From: an uncultured Spirochaetota bacterium
GTDB taxonomy: Bacteria; Spirochaetota; Spirochaetia; SZUA-6; Fen-1364
DNA length: 64,000 nt
Assembly: GCA_963734545.1 (NCBI GenBank)
Contig: CAVTHO010000006.1
Location: 96,001-160,000, forward strand
Direction of reading: 5' to 3'
Under the pieces are notes generated by a model. It saw only the letters and a program-made list of their open reading frames with translations, made no database searches and had not been told where the DNA came from. Positions 33,472 through 43,481 of the stretch are shown here, one piece after another (position 1 is the stretch's first letter; every line of letters starts with the position of its first letter). The position numbers and the translations under genes were made by a program.

Positions 33472-34052
33472 GATTTCAGCTGATACGCCGGCTCATTTCC
33501 CGTCTTCCACTTGATGCCGCAGCCCATGCTTGCCTTCTGGTCGGCGCCGACGGGTTTTCCCGCCAGCAGCGCGTCGAGGGCGCCCCTGAGATCGCTCCCC
33601 GTGAGGGGCACGCCGTTTCCCGGCCTGCTCCCGTCCATCTGCCCCCGGTAGACCAGCTCGCGATCCTTGTTGAAGAGGAAGAAGTCCGGAGTGCAGGCGG
33701 CGTGATACGCTTTCGCGACCTCCTGGCTCTCGTCATACAGGTACGGGAATGTATAGCCTGCTGCCGCCGCTTCCTTTGCCATCATCTCCGGGCCGTCCTG
33801 GGGATGCGAGGCGATGTCATTCGCGCTGATCCCGACAGCGGACAGGCCCTTTTCCTGGTACTCCTTGATGAGCCCGGTGAGCTCTTTCTGGACGTGCTTC
33901 ACGTAGGGGCAGTGATTGCAGAGGAAGGCGACGAGGAAGGCGCGCGCTGAACCGAAGTCATCCCGGGACACCATCCGACCTGTGCCGGGCTCGGGCAGCC
34001 TGAAATCAGGGGCCTTTGTGCCCAGCGTGAGCATTGTTGATTCAACGGCCAT
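33468..34052 (-). CDS. Thioredoxin-fold (AhpC/TSA-like) protein
   Basis: FLCNHCPYV, FPYLYDESQ, ACTPDFF, MGCGIKW. Confidence 0.92.
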   Translation of the reverse strand: MAVESTMLTLGTKAPDFRLPEPGTGRMVSRDDFGSARAFLVAFLCNHCPYVKHVQKELTGLIKEYQEKGLSAVGISANDIASHPQDGPEMMAKEAAAAGYTFPYLYDESQEVAKAYHAACTPDFFLFNKDRELVYRGQMDGSRPGNGVPLTGSDLRGALDALLAGKPVGADQKASMGCGIKWKTGNEPAYQLKS

Positions 34053-34055
34053 CTG

Positions 34056-34796
34056 TTACCCCAGCTTTCTCTTGAAGAACGTCACCATCTGCTGGTAGGC
34101 GTCATTGGCCTGGTCTGTTTTCCAGAGCTGGCCGTTCTGGACCATGAAACCATGGGGCAGACCCTGGTACACCTTGAGCTCGAAGTACTTGCCCGCCTTC
34201 TGGAGGGCGGCCGCGTATTGGAATATCCCCGCGATGGGGCTGGCCTGGTCCGCGCTGCCATGGATCATGAGCAGGGGATGCTGGAGCTGGTCGATCTCGT
34301 CGATCGGCTTCACCGGCTGTGCGGCCGAGCCGCCACTGTTGGGGAAGCCGTACCACGCCACTCCCGCGGCGAACTCGTTGATGACAGGCAGGAAGAGCAT
34401 CGTGTATCTCCCGCCGGCGCAGAACCCGGTGAGCCCGATCCTGTTCGGGTCCACGTCGCTGCGCGCTTTGAGAACCGCTATCGAGTCCCGGACGAGCTGG
34501 CCGACCACCGCGTCCGAGGGACTCTTCTCGAATGTCTGCCAGCCTGCCGCAAGGACGACGAACCCATCCGCGGCGAACCTGTCCGCCATGTCCTTGTAGC
34601 CCTGCTCGAGGCCGTTGAACGAGTGGATGAGCACGATCCCGGGCTTTCTCCCCGGACCGGGGCCGGCGGACAGGTAGGACGCGTACATCCTGCCGCCGCT
34701 GGCCAGGTCCAGCATTTGTCCCGTGTTCTGTGCCGAAAGCGGGATTGCGAGCGCGGCGAGAACCGCCACCATCCCGACTCGTGCGTAAAGATGCAT
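34056..34796 (-). CDS. Dienelactone hydrolase family protein, exported
   Basis: Signal peptide, GFCAGG nucleophile elbow, HGSAD, HGF. Confidence 0.88.
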   Translation of the reverse strand: MHLYARVGMVAVLAALAIPLSAQNTGQMLDLASGGRMYASYLSAGPGPGRKPGIVLIHSFNGLEQGYKDMADRFAADGFVVLAAGWQTFEKSPSDAVVGQLVRDSIAVLKARSDVDPNRIGLTGFCAGGRYTMLFLPVINEFAAGVAWYGFPNSGGSAAQPVKPIDEIDQLQHPLLMIHGSADQASPIAGIFQYAAALQKAGKYFELKVYQGLPHGFMVQNGQLWKTDQANDAYQQMVTFFKRKLG

Positions 34797-34823
34797 TGAA
34801 AACCTCCTGAAGGCGCGATGCCG

Positions 34824-34845
34824 AATCCGCGGAATACCGCGATGC
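34824..34845. repeat. NNTA-loop palindromic repeat copy
   Basis: AATCCGCGGAATACCGCGATGC. Confidence 0.8.
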
Positions 34846-34964
34846 CCGGATCAAAGATACGCACACAAACGGGGGTCCGGGAAATGGACTCGTGCGGCGG
34901 ATCGTGCTACCTTCCAATGCGTGACGCATGCTGAATATTCTGCCCATGTGCAGGGAGGCTTGAG

Positions 34965-36326
34965 GTGAAATCGGGGGAAGACAGGACCGTCGGGATCAGC
35001 GACATCAGGCTCTACGTTCCCCCCCCTTCCATTGAGCTCCGAGAGCTGGTGGCGAAACGCGTGCTGGCCAATCCCAGTCTGGACCGGCATCTGGAACGGG
35101 CCTGCAGGGTGACCGGACAGAAAGCGATCCGGTTCCCGGAAATCTGGGAGGACAGCGCGACATTGGCCGCCACGGCCGCATACGACCTGCTGCACGAGAA
35201 TCCTTCAATAGATACGAAGACGCTGCGGCACATGGCCGTGGGCACGGAGACGGGCGGTGACCATGCGAAACCCCTCTCCGCTTCCCTCCAGGGCATGCTG
35301 CAAAAGGCCGGCATCAGCCTTCCCGGATCTCTTTCCAGCTTCGAAGTCAAGCATGCGTGCGCCGGGGGGACCATGGCGCTGCTGAGCACGGCCGGGCTGC
35401 TCGCGGCCGGCGGCAGGCCGCGGGATTCCGCGCTCGTCGTGAGCACCGACATTGCCCGGTACGAGACCGAGTCCACCGCTGAAATCACGCAGGGCGCGGG
35501 CGCCGTGGCGGTGCACGTGGAGACATCACCGAGGCTGATCGAGCTCGACCTGTCCACGCTCGGGTTCCATTCCATGGACGTGGACGACTTCTTCCGACCC
35601 TTCGGCTCGGAGACCGCGCGCGTGAACGGCACCTACTCGATGCGCTGCTACGGTGAAAGCCTCGAAGCGGCGTTCCTCGATCACTGCGCCCGCAGGAGCG
35701 GCAGGCCGGATCGGATACTTCGGGAGACGGACTACTTTGTCCTGCATACTCCTTTCCGCAACATGCCCGAAAGCGCGATGCTGCGGCTCCTCGAGCGCGT
35801 TCTCGGTCTCGATTCCGAGGCTGCCCGGACATTCCTCGCGGAGAAGAACTTTGCCGCGGCCCTGGATCCGTTCGCCCGGATCGGGAACCTGTACACCGGC
35901 TCGCTCACCGCGGCCCTCGCGTTCCTGCTCTCGGAGAGATTTCGCGCAATCGGACAGGGGATCGTCGGCAAGCGGATTCTCCTCGCTTCCTACGGTTCAG
36001 GGAACACCATGGTGGTGATGGCCGCCCGGATTACCCGGGATGCCGCGAGCGTCGTCTCCCGTTGGAACATCGACAGGGTCTTCACTTCCGCCCGGATCGC
36101 CTCATTCGAGGAATACGAGGCCTGGACAACGGGTCCCGTGCAACCGGAGCTGCAGGCACGGCTGATGGAAAACGCAAAACTGCCGCCGAATGCCTTCATG
36201 CTGTCCGGCATACGCAAGGATGGTTACCGTGAATACGAGTTCAGGAAAGCCCGGGAGATCGGAGACGGAGTCGCGCAAAGAGGAGCACCTGACGATATGC
36301 ACCGATCCGTCGCGATATCAGGTTGA
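34965..36326 (+). CDS. mvaS: Hydroxymethylglutaryl-CoA synthase
   Basis: GTET..DHAK, KHACAGGT (catalytic Cys), EITQGAGAVA, HTPF, GNLYTGS, SYGSG. Confidence 0.92.
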   Translation: MKSGEDRTVGISDIRLYVPPPSIELRELVAKRVLANPSLDRHLERACRVTGQKAIRFPEIWEDSATLAATAAYDLLHENPSIDTKTLRHMAVGTETGGDHAKPLSASLQGMLQKAGISLPGSLSSFEVKHACAGGTMALLSTAGLLAAGGRPRDSALVVSTDIARYETESTAEITQGAGAVAVHVETSPRLIELDLSTLGFHSMDVDDFFRPFGSETARVNGTYSMRCYGESLEAAFLDHCARRSGRPDRILRETDYFVLHTPFRNMPESAMLRLLERVLGLDSEAARTFLAEKNFAAALDPFARIGNLYTGSLTAALAFLLSERFRAIGQGIVGKRILLASYGSGNTMVVMAARITRDAASVVSRWNIDRVFTSARIASFEEYEAWTTGPVQPELQARLMENAKLPPNAFMLSGIRKDGYREYEFRKAREIGDGVAQRGAPDDMHRSVAISG

Positions 36327-37320
36327 GGGCGGGGGAGCCGGCTTCGAAGGGGTGAGATTCATCCACGATGCGCTGCCCGAGATCGCGGATGAAGAGCTGG
36401 ATACTTCGGTCGGGTTTCTCGGTCAGAAGATCGCGCTTCCCTTCTTCATTTCGTGCATGACCGGCGGCTCTGACGGCGGGTTCAGGGCGAACAAGGCGCT
36501 CGTTGCCGCGGCCCAGGAGCTCGGGATTCCCGTTGGCCTGGGGTCCATCCGGATCCTCGCGCGCAAGCCCGAGCTCTTCGCGCACTTTCACCTGAAGCCC
36601 CTTGCCCCCGACGTCCCCGTGATAGCGAACATCGGCGCGGTGCAGGTGCGGGACGGCGACATCGGCGAGCTTCTGACCCTGCTGGAGAGACTGGAAGTGC
36701 AGGCGCTTGCCGTTCATCTGAACCCGGGGCAGGAGCTCTTCCAGCCCGGCGGGGACCGCGATTTCCGCGGCGTGAAGGAGGCAATCGCCCGCCTGCGCGA
36801 GCGCTGCCGGCTGCCGCTCATCGTCAAGGAGACAGGCTTCGGCATCATGCCCCGTCACGTGCGTGAGCTGCTCGATACAGGCGCCGCGTACATCGACCTG
36901 GCAGGGGGGGGCGGCACCAACTGGATTTCCGTGGAATCTTATCGGCTCCCCGAGGAGGAGCGGGCCGTTGCCCTCGAGTTCGCCGATTGGGGGATTCCAA
37001 CCGCCCTCCTGCTCGCTTCCTTCGGCGGCTCGGTCGAGCATCTCCTGGCTTCGGGCGGCATACGGACCGGCATGGACGCGGCGAAGGCGCTCGCCATGGG
37101 CGCGGAGCTGGCCGGGTTTGCCCTCCCCGTGATACGCGAGGCAGCGGGCGGCGGCTCCGAGGCTGTGGTCAGGCTTTTCCGACGCATGGAAGAGACGCTC
37201 AGGACGGTGATGCTGCTGACAGGATCACGGACGGTCAGGGACCTGCGGAAAGGGAGGACGTGGTGCGAGCCGGGCTTCGCGGCTGCCGTGGACTCCTTCA
37301 GAAGGTCGGCAGAGGCCTAG
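36229..37320 (+). CDS. fni: Type 2 isopentenyl-diphosphate delta-isomerase
   Basis: RKEEHL, MTGG, ANIG, HLNPGQE..QPGGDRDF, VKETGFG, GGTNW, SGGIR; GTG start with AAGGA RBS. Confidence 0.93.
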   Translation: MNTSSGKPGRSETESRKEEHLTICTDPSRYQVEGGGAGFEGVRFIHDALPEIADEELDTSVGFLGQKIALPFFISCMTGGSDGGFRANKALVAAAQELGIPVGLGSIRILARKPELFAHFHLKPLAPDVPVIANIGAVQVRDGDIGELLTLLERLEVQALAVHLNPGQELFQPGGDRDFRGVKEAIARLRERCRLPLIVKETGFGIMPRHVRELLDTGAAYIDLAGGGGTNWISVESYRLPEEERAVALEFADWGIPTALLLASFGGSVEHLLASGGIRTGMDAAKALAMGAELAGFALPVIREAAGGGSEAVVRLFRRMEETLRTVMLLTGSRTVRDLRKGRTWCEPGFAAAVDSFRRSAEA

Positions 37321-37397
37321 GAGCCTGTAGGGCGATGGTCCGTCTGATCCGGATAGACGTATCTGCCGGATATCGCGCTTCGCGCGATGTGCCCTAG
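37318..37397. repeat. 80-bp palindromic dispersed element, copy 1
   Basis: Near-identical (2 mismatches) reverse complement of 43402-43481; GTAGGGC...GCCCTAG arms. Confidence 0.9.
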
Positions 37398-38381
37398 TCA
37401 TGCAGGCGCCCCGGTCAATCCCCCGGCTTCCCGCACCCGCACCGGGGCGGCGAGCGAGATCCCCGCGCGCGCTGCCGCTTCCTCGACCGAGACGGAAACC
37501 AGGCGGGCGCTTTCCGCATCTCCCGTGACCAGGAAGAACGCGCCCCCTCCGCCTGCTCCGCTCAGCTTGCCGCCGAGGGCGCCGGCCCTTTTCCCTGCCT
37601 CCAGCAGCCGGTCCAGCCACTCGCTGCTCAACCCCAGCCCCCGAAGACGCTCCATGGCCTGATCGGCCAGACGGGCAATGTCCTGAGCCCTCCCGGCAGC
37701 GGGAACAGCAAGCGCCTTCCTCGCCGCGCCGGCCACTCGGCCGAGCTCCTGGATCGCTTCGCGCGTTTCCCGGTGGCCTGCCCTCATCCGTTCGCCGAGC
37801 GATGCCACGAGCGCTCCGCAGGTTTCCGCGCGCGGCACCGCGGCCACCACCAGGTGCAGGGGAGAGCCGGAAAGCGGCTCGTATTCGGGAAGTGCGGGCG
37901 GCCGGGGCTGGAACGCGAAGAGGCCGTCCAGGATGGAGAGGCCCGTGTCGATACCGGAAGGGGTGCCGTGGAACAGACTTTCCGCATCGTGGGCAAGGCC
38001 CCATTCACGCAGGAGAGCGCCAGGCGCGCCCGGCTGCAAAAGCTCCCCTGAATGCGCGAGCGCAGCCCGGGCAAGAGCCGCGCAGAGCGCCGCCGAGCTG
38101 CCGAACCCGACGCCGCGCGGCACCTCTGATTCGACTGCGACCCGGCAGCGCGACCGGGAGGAAAGCTCGGGAAGGAGCGCTTCCAGGCGTGCGAGAATCC
38201 GGCGGACCGGTTCCCGGTCCTCAGAGGCCAGGGCATCGAGTTCCCAGCCGCCCTGCACGTCAGCCCAGAGACGCACGGTGGTTTTCTCCTGGAGCGACAC
38301 TCCAACCGCCGTGTGACCGTACACGGCCGCGTGCTCTCCGAACAGGATCAGCTTGCCGGATGCCCTGCCTATTCCTCCCAC
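37398..38381 (-). CDS. mvk: Mevalonate kinase
   Basis: GKLILFGEHAAVYG, PRGVGFGSSAA, FHGTPSGID, GGKLSGAGGGG. Confidence 0.93.
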   Translation of the reverse strand: MGGIGRASGKLILFGEHAAVYGHTAVGVSLQEKTTVRLWADVQGGWELDALASEDREPVRRILARLEALLPELSSRSRCRVAVESEVPRGVGFGSSAALCAALARAALAHSGELLQPGAPGALLREWGLAHDAESLFHGTPSGIDTGLSILDGLFAFQPRPPALPEYEPLSGSPLHLVVAAVPRAETCGALVASLGERMRAGHRETREAIQELGRVAGAARKALAVPAAGRAQDIARLADQAMERLRGLGLSSEWLDRLLEAGKRAGALGGKLSGAGGGGAFFLVTGDAESARLVSVSVEEAAARAGISLAAPVRVREAGGLTGAPA

Positions 38382-39327
38382 AGGATTCCCTTTTGCGAGG
38401 CGTGCACGCGCTGAAGCTTGCTGTCTTCAGGAACGGCTGACCCGGCCGGCAGAAGGCAGGCTCCCAGCTCGTTTCCCGCGCCCAGAGCCTTGCACCGCGC
38501 GGCGTCCAGCCCGCGGGGAGTCTCGATCTCCGCGGAGACTCCGATGGCCCTGCCCAGGCTCATGCCCAGCTCCGTGCAGGCGCGCAGATGCCGCTCCGCC
38601 TCCGCAGCGGTGCGCGCGCGGACAAACTCGAGCACGCAGCGGTTCGACTGCTCGAGAAACAGCCGCGCATCACCCGGATGGGATTCCTTCCAGAGCGCGT
38701 AGCGGCGGATAGCGTCGGAGGTGGACACCGGCGAAGGCCCCGGAAACAGGCAGACAACAAGCTCCTCCCGGAGACGGCAGGGTTCCCAGACAGGCACGGG
38801 ACCGCCGTGAAAGATCCCCATGCCGCCGTAATAAGAACAGCTCACGTCATACCCGCTTCCGGCACCGCCCTGCGCACGTCGATGGGCTCCAATGGCGAGC
38901 GCCAGGACCGCGGGGTCCTGCGGGTCGGGACGGCAGCCTGCCGCGTCCAGCAGGGCGCAGACCAGACCTGCCGTGACCGCGGCGCTCGACCCGAGACCGG
39001 ACTTTCTGCCTTCCGAGCTGAAAAGAGCCGAGGAGTCCACGAGGATGCGCGCGCCCCGCAGTGCTTTCCCGCCGCCTTTCCCCCGCAGCCAGCTCCCCAC
39101 CTCGTCGACCACCGCGGAGATCAGCGGGCTGGCAGAGGGACGTCGAGACGTCCAGGACAGGGCGCCGCCCGGCCACACGCCTTCGATGGAAAGCTCTTCC
39201 GAGGGGAGAATGTCGATACGCACACGTCGTTCGACGGCCAGGGCCAGGCCCAGCCCGCCCTTTTCCAGTACCGCGTATTCGCCGAACAGAAGGATTGAAC
39301 CGGGTATGGAGACGCGCAGTCAGACAT
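38369..39327 (-). CDS. Phosphomevalonate kinase (probable 1-nt deletion just after the ATG)
   Basis: PGSILLFGEYAVL, KSGLGSSAAVT, HRRAQGGAGSGYDV; operon context. Confidence 0.85.
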
Positions 39328-40285
39328 CTCCCCCCGGCTCGCGCCAGGTGAGGCCGGGTCCCGCGTGGCACAGGATGGTCTGGATGCCGGGAACGAGCTC
39401 TTCGATGCGGCGCATGACTTTCTCCGCTTCCGCGGCGAGGCACAGGATCTTCACCTGAGGCCCGGCGTCGATGGTTTCCCAGGCGCCGACCCCTTCCGCC
39501 CGCAGCGCCGCGCAGCCGTGGATCACCGCGACGGTGGCCGGCAGCCAGTAGAGAATGGGGGGACGGGCACCGAGAATGGCCGCGTGCATCAGGCTGTAGC
39601 TCCTGCGCGCCGTCTCACCCAGGAGCTCCAGGTCCCGGCTCTCCAGCGCGCGCAGGGCGTCGGGGAGGAGCGCCGCGGATTCCTTGATCCAGGAAAAATA
39701 GTACGGCGAGCCTGCCCGGGTCTCCTCCATTGCGCGCCGGGAAGACACCGGCTTCGGGCCGCGCCGGGTGACCGCAACAACGATCCGCAGCTCGGGCCAG
39801 AACTCGGGACCGAAAAGGGGGCGCGCGCGCCGGGCGCCTGCGGGAAACAGCACGAAGCCGCCGTAGACGGCCCGGGCCGCTGACGCGGACCCCACGCGCG
39901 CAATGCTCGAGAGGTCCGACAGGGACGGTTCGCTGCCGACCGCCCGCGCGCAGGCGCCGGCAAGCGCTGCGAACCCCGAGGAGGAGCTGGCCATCCCCGC
40001 GGAGGTGGGAAAGGTATTGACGCTTTCCGCCTGGAAGTGCGCCGGGATCCCGAGGCTGTTCCGAAGCGCGTCGAAGAAAGGCGCGAACCGGGCCGCGTCC
40101 TGCCGGACCCCGTCCACCGTGATCGAGTCGTCATCCGCGAGGCGTGCCCGTGTCTCCGAATACACGCCTCCGAGGGTCACCGCGAGGCTCGGGGTGGCGG
40201 GAAGGTTGTCTCCCTTCACCGCTTTGCCCCAGTACTTGATCAGGGCCAGGCTCGGTCCGGCGCGGCAGACGGCTTCCCCTCTCAC
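39320..40285 (-). CDS. mvaD: Diphosphomevalonate decarboxylase
   Basis: ALIKYWGK, PTSAGMASSSSG, TIDAGPQVK. Confidence 0.93.
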   Translation of the reverse strand: MRGEAVCRAGPSLALIKYWGKAVKGDNLPATPSLAVTLGGVYSETRARLADDDSITVDGVRQDAARFAPFFDALRNSLGIPAHFQAESVNTFPTSAGMASSSSGFAALAGACARAVGSEPSLSDLSSIARVGSASAARAVYGGFVLFPAGARRARPLFGPEFWPELRIVVAVTRRGPKPVSSRRAMEETRAGSPYYFSWIKESAALLPDALRALESRDLELLGETARRSYSLMHAAILGARPPILYWLPATVAVIHGCAALRAEGVGAWETIDAGPQVKILCLAAEAEKVMRRIEELVPGIQTILCHAGPGLTWREPGGDV

Positions 40286-41589
40286 CCGGCGCCTCCCCGA
40301 AGCCGCGCGAGCAGGGCGCGCGCAGCATCGATATCCGCGGACTCCGCGTCAGCGAGCGACGCGGCAACCCGCCGCGCTTCCTGGCCCCGGGCGCCCGCGC
40401 GGTACGCGATCCGGGCAGCATGGAAGCGCATGTGGCCCTGCTGGATACCCGTCGTCACCAGGGCCAGGAGCGCGGCGAAGTTCTGGGCAAGCCCCAGCGC
40501 GGCGGCGATCCTCGAAAGGCGCGGGGCGTCCGGCGCGCCCAGCACTGCAAGGCTTGCCCGGCCTGCCGGGTGGAAATCCACCGACCCCCCGACTGTAGCA
40601 AGAGCCAGCGGGAGCTCCAGCTCTCCCGAAAGCGTGTCTCCCTCCACCGTAAAAGTGCTCAGGCCGCGGTACTGTCCTCCGCGCGCCGCCCATGCGTGGG
40701 CGGCAGCCTCCACTGCCCGGGTGTCGTTCATCGTGGCAAGGGCGAGGCTGCTGATGCCGTTCATGATTCCCTTGTTGTGCGTGACGGCCCGGGAAGGATC
40801 CTCCTGCGCAAGCGCGGATGCCCTGGCCACCCGCTTCGCAGCCTCGGCCCCCTCCATGCCCTCGGGCAGCCTGAATCCCAGGCGCTCCGCGCGGATGCTG
40901 AACCGCGCACCGGCAAGCCGTTCCTGCGCCGCGTTGGTGAGGATTGCCATGAGCGTTCGGCCGCCGCTCTCGCTTTCGAGTACAGGCCGCGCGCGTTCCG
41001 CCGCGGTGTTCAGTCTGTTCGCGCCCATGGCGTCCCTTACGTCGATGACCAGGTCTGCCCTCACGGTCCCTGAACCGGCAAGCCGGGTGACACGCAGCTC
41101 CCTGAATCCCCCGCCGCGCCTCTCCAGGGAGGAGAGCACGGGCGCCAATGTGGAACGCACGCGCGCAGTGCACGCCGCGAGTTTTCTCTCCCCCTCTTCC
41201 GTCACTTCCTCGAGGAAAACCTGCGCGGTCATGAGCGGCGGTGACGCCCAAGTGGTGAACCCGCCGTCCGGGCGGACGAGCCAGGCGGCAAATGACGCGG
41301 CCGCGATGACGGAGGGCTCCTCCACGGCCATGGGGACTGCGATTTCTTCTCCGTCGATGAGGAAGCCATCCGCGATCCCGAGGGGAACCGGAACACAGCC
41401 AACCGCGGACTCCACCATGACATCGGCGATCGACAGCGCCGTTGTCGATGCGGACAGCCCTTCCCAGTCCTCATCTCCAATGGCAAATGCGGCCTTCACT
41501 TCGCGCTGCCGGGCCGACAGATCGTGCTTGCGGAATCCCAAGGGAAGGGGAGCGCCGGAGGGCCGGCCGCCCGTCTGCTCGCTGCTCAA
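40282..41589 (-). CDS. mvaA: Class II HMG-CoA reductase
   Basis: PMAVEEPSVIAA, DAMGAN, RAVTHNKGIMNG, GLAQNFAAL, GIQQGHM.FH. Confidence 0.95.
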   Translation of the reverse strand: MSSEQTGGRPSGAPLPLGFRKHDLSARQREVKAAFAIGDEDWEGLSASTTALSIADVMVESAVGCVPVPLGIADGFLIDGEEIAVPMAVEEPSVIAAASFAAWLVRPDGGFTTWASPPLMTAQVFLEEVTEEGERKLAACTARVRSTLAPVLSSLERRGGGFRELRVTRLAGSGTVRADLVIDVRDAMGANRLNTAAERARPVLESESGGRTLMAILTNAAQERLAGARFSIRAERLGFRLPEGMEGAEAAKRVARASALAQEDPSRAVTHNKGIMNGISSLALATMNDTRAVEAAAHAWAARGGQYRGLSTFTVEGDTLSGELELPLALATVGGSVDFHPAGRASLAVLGAPDAPRLSRIAAALGLAQNFAALLALVTTGIQQGHMRFHAARIAYRAGARGQEARRVAASLADAESADIDAARALLARLRGGAG

Positions 41590-41681
41590 CGATCCACCCC
41601 CTCAGAATAGTATCACTGAGAAGGGGATCATCTGCCAGAGGCGGGGACCTGCCCCGATTGGGGACAGGCTTACGGGATCAG

Positions 41682-42670
41682 TTAACCTCCCGCTATTGTG
41701 AACACAACCTTGCCCGAGCTGAGGACACCGTTTGCCGACACAACGACATCGAGACGGTAGTTGCCCTTGCCATAATCGCTCGCCTTGATGGTGATCGTGG
41801 AGGCAGCAGCCCCGTTTATGGGCACGCCATTCATGTACCATGAATAGAAGGTGCCTTTCACCGGGAACATCTGCGTGGAGGTCCAGGTGATCGTCATCTC
41901 CCCGGTCACGCCGAGATTGTCCTTGTACCCGTTAAAAGTAAATGTTTCGCTGTTCGATACGTCGGGGTCGACCGTCATTTTCTTTACGGCATCAAATGGC
42001 GTGAAAACGAGCTTCGTTGTGCCGCCTGCGGAGATGTGAACAGCCTTCGCTCCTCCCCATGTGAACCCGTCGGCATCCTGGTATGAGACTGACAGCGTGT
42101 AGTAGCCTGCCGGGAACTGGGCGGTTGCATGGACGGAAGAAATGTCAATTGCGATGGCGACCGCCGGCAGACTGATCTCCTGCGGCACGCCGCCCTGGGG
42201 CGTCAGCGCTGCTTTCAGCCCGGAAACGGTTTTGCTCGTGGGCCATTCCGCATACGCGTCCAGCGTGCCATTCTCCGCAGACGAGCTCATGGCGACTTTC
42301 GTCGACGCGGTTTCCCCCTCAACGACCGTGACCAGGACGCTCGCGGACTCGACCTGCAGGCCATTGAAATTGTTTCCGTTCACCGTAACGCCCCAATCCC
42401 CAGGCTCAAGGGAGTCAATCGTGACGGTAGCGGCGGTGATGCCCAATTCCTGAAAGCTTGCGCTGCCGGGCCCTGAGCCCAGGACATCGTAAGAGGCGAC
42501 GGTCGTTGGGTCCTTGGGGCTCGATGGCCTGCATGTCCTGCGAAAGATACGATAACCAGCGACCCGCCGCTGCTTTTCGGCAGCGTGGTGTCTTTCCCGC
42601 CCGGGTTCGGGCAGCTCACGAGGAGGAGGATCAGCGCCGCGAGGACAAGCCCCGAATAAACCTTTCTCAT
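41682..42670 (-). CDS. Spirochaete-type lipoprotein, beta-rich (frameshift near 42535)
   Basis: MRKVYSGLVLAALILLLVSC lipobox; Ig-like C-terminal pattern YSWYMNG...GNYRLDVVV. Confidence 0.7.
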
Positions 42671-42853
42671 TCTGGGTAACTCCTCTCAAGCCAAGAAGTC
42701 CCACAATCTACATCCATATTATATCACAAAAAGGTGGTGGCAACATGGCATAGTTCTTGGCGGGCAGCTCACCTGCCCGCACGAAAAACGGCTCCTTCCT
42801 GTTGCCGCCGCTTTTCTCGCGCCTTATCTTTAGCGTCAAGGAGACCTATTAAA

Positions 42854-43405
42854 ATGAAACGCTCAAGTATGTTCTCATGCGCGGTCATTCTGCTTCTGAC
42901 TCTTGTCGGCGCCACGGGTTTCGCGCAAAGCCTGGCCGTCACCACGAACAAGACCGTGATCGACGGGGCGGTGAAAGCCGACGAGTACAGCTTCTCAAAG
43001 CAGTTCGACTCGCTGACCCTCTATGCAAATCGAACGAAGGACATGTTGTCACTGGCAATCGTGGGCGACACGACCGGCTGGGTATCCGTGGGTCTGGGAT
43101 CCCTGAAGATGGACGGCGCCACGATATTCATGGGGTTCATGGGCAATGACGGAAAGGCGCAGTTCAAGACGCAGGCGGGCACGGGACACCGCCACGCGGA
43201 CGCACCGAAGAGCGTCGCGGACTCGGTGAGCGCATATGCCATCAAAGAGGCGGACGGCAAGACCACCCTGGAGCTCTCCCTCACCCCCGCTGCCTACATC
43301 AAAAATGGTCAGGCCGCCCTGGATATCATCTACGCCGTGGGTGAGGAGAAATCCTTCATCCCCCGGCACTCCTCGCGCGGAGCGCTGAGCCTCAAGCTGA
43401 ACTAG
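42854..43405 (+). CDS. Exported DOMON-like domain protein
   Basis: Signal peptide; IDG...EY, TTGWVSVGLG..KMDGA, H-R-H and terminal H. Confidence 0.7.
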   Translation: MKRSSMFSCAVILLLTLVGATGFAQSLAVTTNKTVIDGAVKADEYSFSKQFDSLTLYANRTKDMLSLAIVGDTTGWVSVGLGSLKMDGATIFMGFMGNDGKAQFKTQAGTGHRHADAPKSVADSVSAYAIKEADGKTTLELSLTPAAYIKNGQAALDIIYAVGEEKSFIPRHSSRGALSLKLN

Positions 43406-43481
43406 GGCAAATCGCGCGAAGCGCGATATCCGGCAGATACGTCTATCCGGATCAGACGGACCATCGCCCTACACGCTCCTA
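43402..43481. repeat. 80-bp palindromic dispersed element, copy 2 (inverted)
   Basis: CTAGGGC...GCCCTACACGCTCCTA; matches 37318-37397. Confidence 0.9.

Noticed and set aside
39300-39330. mvaD and phosphomevalonate kinase in the same frame separated only by TGA (read-through, selenocysteine or fusion)
   Set aside because: An ATG with a G-rich RBS overlaps the stop (ATGTCTGA). One missing C (GAC-CTG) restores a normal start, which is simpler given the indel rate.
42746-42761. Possible third sigma54 promoter TGGCATAGTTCTTGG
   Set aside because: The -12 element lacks the invariant GC and no TGTTCC enhancer pair is visible upstream.
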